DNA of 32,000 nucleotides from Parasynechococcus marenigrum WH 8102. GTDB taxonomy: Bacteria > Cyanobacteriota > Cyanobacteriia > PCC-6307 > Cyanobiaceae. The notes below the pieces were generated by a model, which worked only from the letters and a program-made list of their open reading frames with translations, made no database searches and was not told the DNA's origin. A program made the position numbers and the translations under genes. The DNA is taken from the NCBI RefSeq assembly GCF_000195975.1, contig NC_005070.1, positions 1,350,001 to 1,382,000 of the forward strand, written 5' to 3'. Positions 29,402-32,000 of the stretch are shown here, in pieces (the stretch's first letter is position 1; the number at the start of each line of letters is the position of its first letter).

Positions 29402-29710
29402 ATGCATGGCATGGCCCTGGCGAGCAAAGACGCACCGCCGTTCCTTGGCTTCAAGGCTGGAGACCTGGTGCTCGTTGAACCGCTCTCAGCCGACACCGCT
29501 GCAGACGCCGACTGGTGGATGGGCTGGATCATCCATGTGGATGGAGGAGCACGAGATCCGCGCGTGCCGACGTTGTTCCAGGTCGCTGACTGCGATACAG
29601 GCCATGTGCGCTGGATCAGCGCCGATGAAGCGACCCGGCTGGTCCTGAGCGGCCTGGAAACCAGCAACGTTGTGGACTTCACGTCGAAGCGGCGCAAGCG
29701 CTTGTCGTGA
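29402..29710 (+). CDS. conserved cyanobacterial hypothetical protein (DUF3104-like)
   Basis: DWWMGWIIHVDGGARDPRVPTLFQVADCDTGHVRWISADE resembles the DUF3104 core as I remember it. Confidence 0.55.
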   Translation: MHGMALASKDAPPFLGFKAGDLVLVEPLSADTAADADWWMGWIIHVDGGARDPRVPTLFQVADCDTGHVRWISADEATRLVLSGLETSNVVDFTSKRRKRLS

Positions 29711-29774
29711 GGCCTGAACAAACAGATCAGCCCCCTGTATTCACATGCTTTGATGAGGATGATTTGACATCGAG

Positions 29775-29987
29775 ATGGCAAGATTTTTACTGCGAGATGG
29801 CAACATGATTCATGCCAATATCGATCCCTGCACGTTGGACACGTACAGTTACAAAGATGGACAGGGCAATGACATCAATGCCCTGTTATCTGTAAAAGCA
29901 GAACGTCAACTTCTGAAGACAATCCCGATGCCATCGCTACCCATCCAGGCGCGCATGCAGCTGGCCATGACCCGCATCAGCGCCTGA
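29775..29987 (+). CDS. hypothetical protein (70 aa)
   Basis: The N-terminus MARFLLRDGNMIHANIDP...YKDG is similar to that of 26008-26214. The local sequence is more AT-rich than its surroundings. Confidence 0.45.
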   Translation: MARFLLRDGNMIHANIDPCTLDTYSYKDGQGNDINALLSVKAERQLLKTIPMPSLPIQARMQLAMTRISA

Positions 29988-29996
29988 GGATGGGAA

Positions 29997-30482
29997 TCAC
30001 TTGATCCACTCCGTGGTCGGTAGCCCCTCCACAGAAGCCACCATCACCCAAACCACCGTTGGGGTGTCTCCTTTGTTTTCCACGTAGTGCGGCTCTGAGG
30101 CACCTTCAATGAAGCTCTCGCCAGGCTTGAACACACTGCTCACCTCACGGCCATCCGGCTGCACACGGGTGTTTAGCAGCTCACCGGAATCGGTGGCCTG
30201 CACATAAACCAACATCGGTGCAGGGTGGGTGTGCAGTGGGATCTTGCCCCCCGCAGGGAGCTCAACACGGAACAGACGCAACTCCGGCTTGCCCTCGGGA
30301 TACGTCAAATCGCTGCCATTGAGGGTCTGGCTGCCGCTGAAGATCGCCTCGATCTTGGCGTCCGTCGATGCAGCGTCCGATGATGCCTGATCACCGGAGC
30401 TTGTTGGCTCCCCGGCGCAACCAACAACACCAAGCATCAACAGGGCAGAGGCTGCCATCGAAGGAAGAGCTGTTTTCAGCAT
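29997..30482 (-). CDS. cupin-domain lipoprotein
   Basis: Lipobox LLMLGVVGC after a signal peptide. Cupin core GGKIPLHTHPAPMLVYVQ...GESFIEGASEPHYVENKG. Confidence 0.75.
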   Translation of the reverse strand: MLKTALPSMAASALLMLGVVGCAGEPTSSGDQASSDAASTDAKIEAIFSGSQTLNGSDLTYPEGKPELRLFRVELPAGGKIPLHTHPAPMLVYVQATDSGELLNTRVQPDGREVSSVFKPGESFIEGASEPHYVENKGDTPTVVWVMVASVEGLPTTEWIK

Positions 30483-30526
30483 GTGCCGGATCAGGGAGGG
30501 TGATGCCGGCAGTGTGCCGCGAATTC

Positions 30527-30754
30527 TCAGGCCACCCAGCGATCTGCATCCATGATCCGTTTGATCAACAGCCCAAGCCGCTTGACCTCGCTGAAATTCA
30601 CGTCCTTCACCGCCTGATCGAGACCGCTGTCGATCCAGGCCCCATCACGTTTTTCGTAAACCGTGAAGTCCTGATCCAGGCCGTCACGCCTGATGCAGTA
30701 GGTCACACCATCGTCATGGAGAAAGTCGGCGGAATGCAGCTGCAGAGCCATCAA
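30527..30754 (-). CDS. hypothetical protein (75 aa)
   Basis: MMALQLHSADFLHDDGVTYCIRRDGLDQDFTVYEKRDGAWIDSGLDQAVKDVNFSEVKRL.... Divergent from the P450. No family recognised. Confidence 0.45.
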   Translation of the reverse strand: MMALQLHSADFLHDDGVTYCIRRDGLDQDFTVYEKRDGAWIDSGLDQAVKDVNFSEVKRLGLLIKRIMDADRWVA

Positions 30755-30814
30755 TCGGTGACATCACTCCAGCGATGTTGGCAATAGCTTGCTTGCAACC
30801 ACGCATCTGGATCC

Positions 30815-32000
30815 ATGACGGCCGCACCCTTGCCCAGTACCGGTGCGGTGACAGGCCTCGGCGAAACCCTGGCCTTTTTCCGGGATCCGTCCTTCAGCCA
30901 ACGCCGCTTCAGTGAGCTGGGAGATGTGTTCGAGACCAAACTGCTGGCCCAGAGCATCGTGTTCATCCGCGGCGAACGCGCTATCGGTGATCTGCTGAAG
31001 CAGGAAGACTGCCTTCAAGGCTGGTGGCCAGACAGCGTGCGGCAACTGCTGGGCAGCAAGTCGTTGGCCAACCGCAGCGGTGCAGACCACAAAGCGCGTC
31101 GCCGGGTGGTGGGTCAGCTGTTCTCCAGTGCAGCCCTGAGCCGCTACACCCCAGCCATCGAAGCCCTGGTCAACGACCTTGCCAACGAGCTGCAACAAGC
31201 AGAGGGCCCAATCCCCCTGGCTGCACGGATGCGGCGCTTTGCCTTTTCAGTGATCGCCACCACGGTGCTGGGGCTTGAGGCCGAGAACCGCGATGCGCTT
31301 TTCGCCGATTTCGAGATCTGGACCCGCGCCCTGTTTTCCATCCCCCTTGCCTTGCCAGGAACACCCTTCGCGCGGGCCCTTGCCGCACGGCAACGGTTGC
31401 TGGCTCGGCTGAAGACCGTGCTGCAAACCAACAACAACAGGCAACAGGGCGGCCTTGATCTGCTCAGCGGCGGATTGGATGAAGCGGGGCTCCCGCTGGA
31501 TGACGATGACCTTGTTGAACAACTGCTGCTGCTGCTGTTCGCTGGCTACGAGACCACGGCATCGTCATTGAGCTGCCTGTTTCGGGCCCTGCTGCTCAAC
31601 CCAGAGGTGGAACAGTGGCTCATGCAAGATCTGAACAACCACGAACGCCCGTCGAGGCTGGATGCCACTGTCCTTGAGGTGATGCGCATGACGCCACCGG
31701 TGGGCGGTTTTTTCCGGCAGAACACCCAGTCGATCGAGCTGGCCGATGTGGCGATTCCCCAGGGAAGGGTGATTCAGGTGGTGCTGAGCTCATCGAGCAC
31801 CACAAACCAGATCGACTTGGAAACCTTCCGGCCCCAGCGTCATCTGGATGGATCGTTCCAACAGACCCTGCTTCCCTTCGGCGGCGGTGAACGGGTCTGC
31901 CTGGGTAAGGCCCTGGCGGAACTGGAAATCCGCTTGATGGCGATGGGACTGTTGCAGCGCGTTCAGCTGCATCTCGAGCCCGATCAGGATCTCAACCTGC
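30815..32000 (+). CDS. cytochrome P450 (CYP120-like), C-terminus beyond the right window edge
   Basis: Absent from the ORF track because it is open at the edge. My manual translation from ATG 30815 found no stop through 32000. It shows I-helix FAGYETT, K-helix EVMR and heme loop FGGGERVCLGKALAELE. Confidence 0.85.
   Translation, partial: MTAAPLPSTGAVTGLGETLAFFRDPSFSQRRFSELGDVFETKLLAQSIVFIRGERAIGDLLKQEDCLQGWWPDSVRQLLGSKSLANRSGADHKARRRVVGQLFSSAALSRYTPAIEALVNDLANELQQAEGPIPLAARMRRFAFSVIATTVLGLEAENRDALFADFEIWTRALFSIPLALPGTPFARALAARQRLLARLKTVLQTNNNRQQGGLDLLSGGLDEAGLPLDDDDLVEQLLLLLFAGYETTASSLSCLFRALLLNPEVEQWLMQDLNNHERPSRLDATVLEVMRMTPPVGGFFRQNTQSIELADVAIPQGRVIQVVLSSSSTTNQIDLETFRPQRHLDGSFQQTLLPFGGGERVCLGKALAELEIRLMAMGLLQRVQLHLEPDQDLNL

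Noticed and set aside
1-32000. Search by eye for tRNA T-arm motifs (GGTTCGA/GGTTCAA), rRNA, CRISPR repeat arrays, and transposase or integrase genes
   Set aside because: None found. A proper tRNAscan, cmscan or CRISPR finder run would be needed to be certain.

Overview
High-GC cyanobacterial DNA. Gene content (ocp-crtW-frp, CP12, Nif11-type peptide, DUF3104, many very small ORFs) points to a marine Synechococcus-like accessory region; this is inferred, not searched. About 45 credible CDS. Well supported: RRM RNA-binding protein, OCP/CrtW/FRP photoprotection operon, a convergent membrane GT2, GNAT, two atypical LuxR-type regulators, CP12, RimK fusion, DUF411, DUF429-like, YccF, a PDS-like flavoprotein, gamma-glutamyltranspeptidase, DUF427, SelO, lipocalin-like, DUF924, a cupin lipoprotein, and a cytochrome P450 that runs off the right edge. 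Two edge-truncated genes (1-300 minus, 30815-32000 plus) and several ORFs under 60 aa are missing from the supplied ORF track. No tRNA, rRNA, CRISPR, transposase or integrase was seen. The strongest observation is that the ocp-crtW-frp-GT2 block lies between two direct copies of a 463-bp sequence (461/463 identical) exactly 4140 bp apart. The repeat has no convincing ORF and ends in a plus-strand-specific hairpin. Other points: a CrtQ/CruG-like GT2 beside the ketolase, paired 7-2-7 palindromes next to a DUF411-LuxR operon, a Nif11-type peptide next to a CX3C-X6-CX3C peptide, two homopolymer frameshifts in one operon, and a four-gene block with no recognisable domains. All family calls rest on motif recognition from memory and need HMM or BLAST confirmation.
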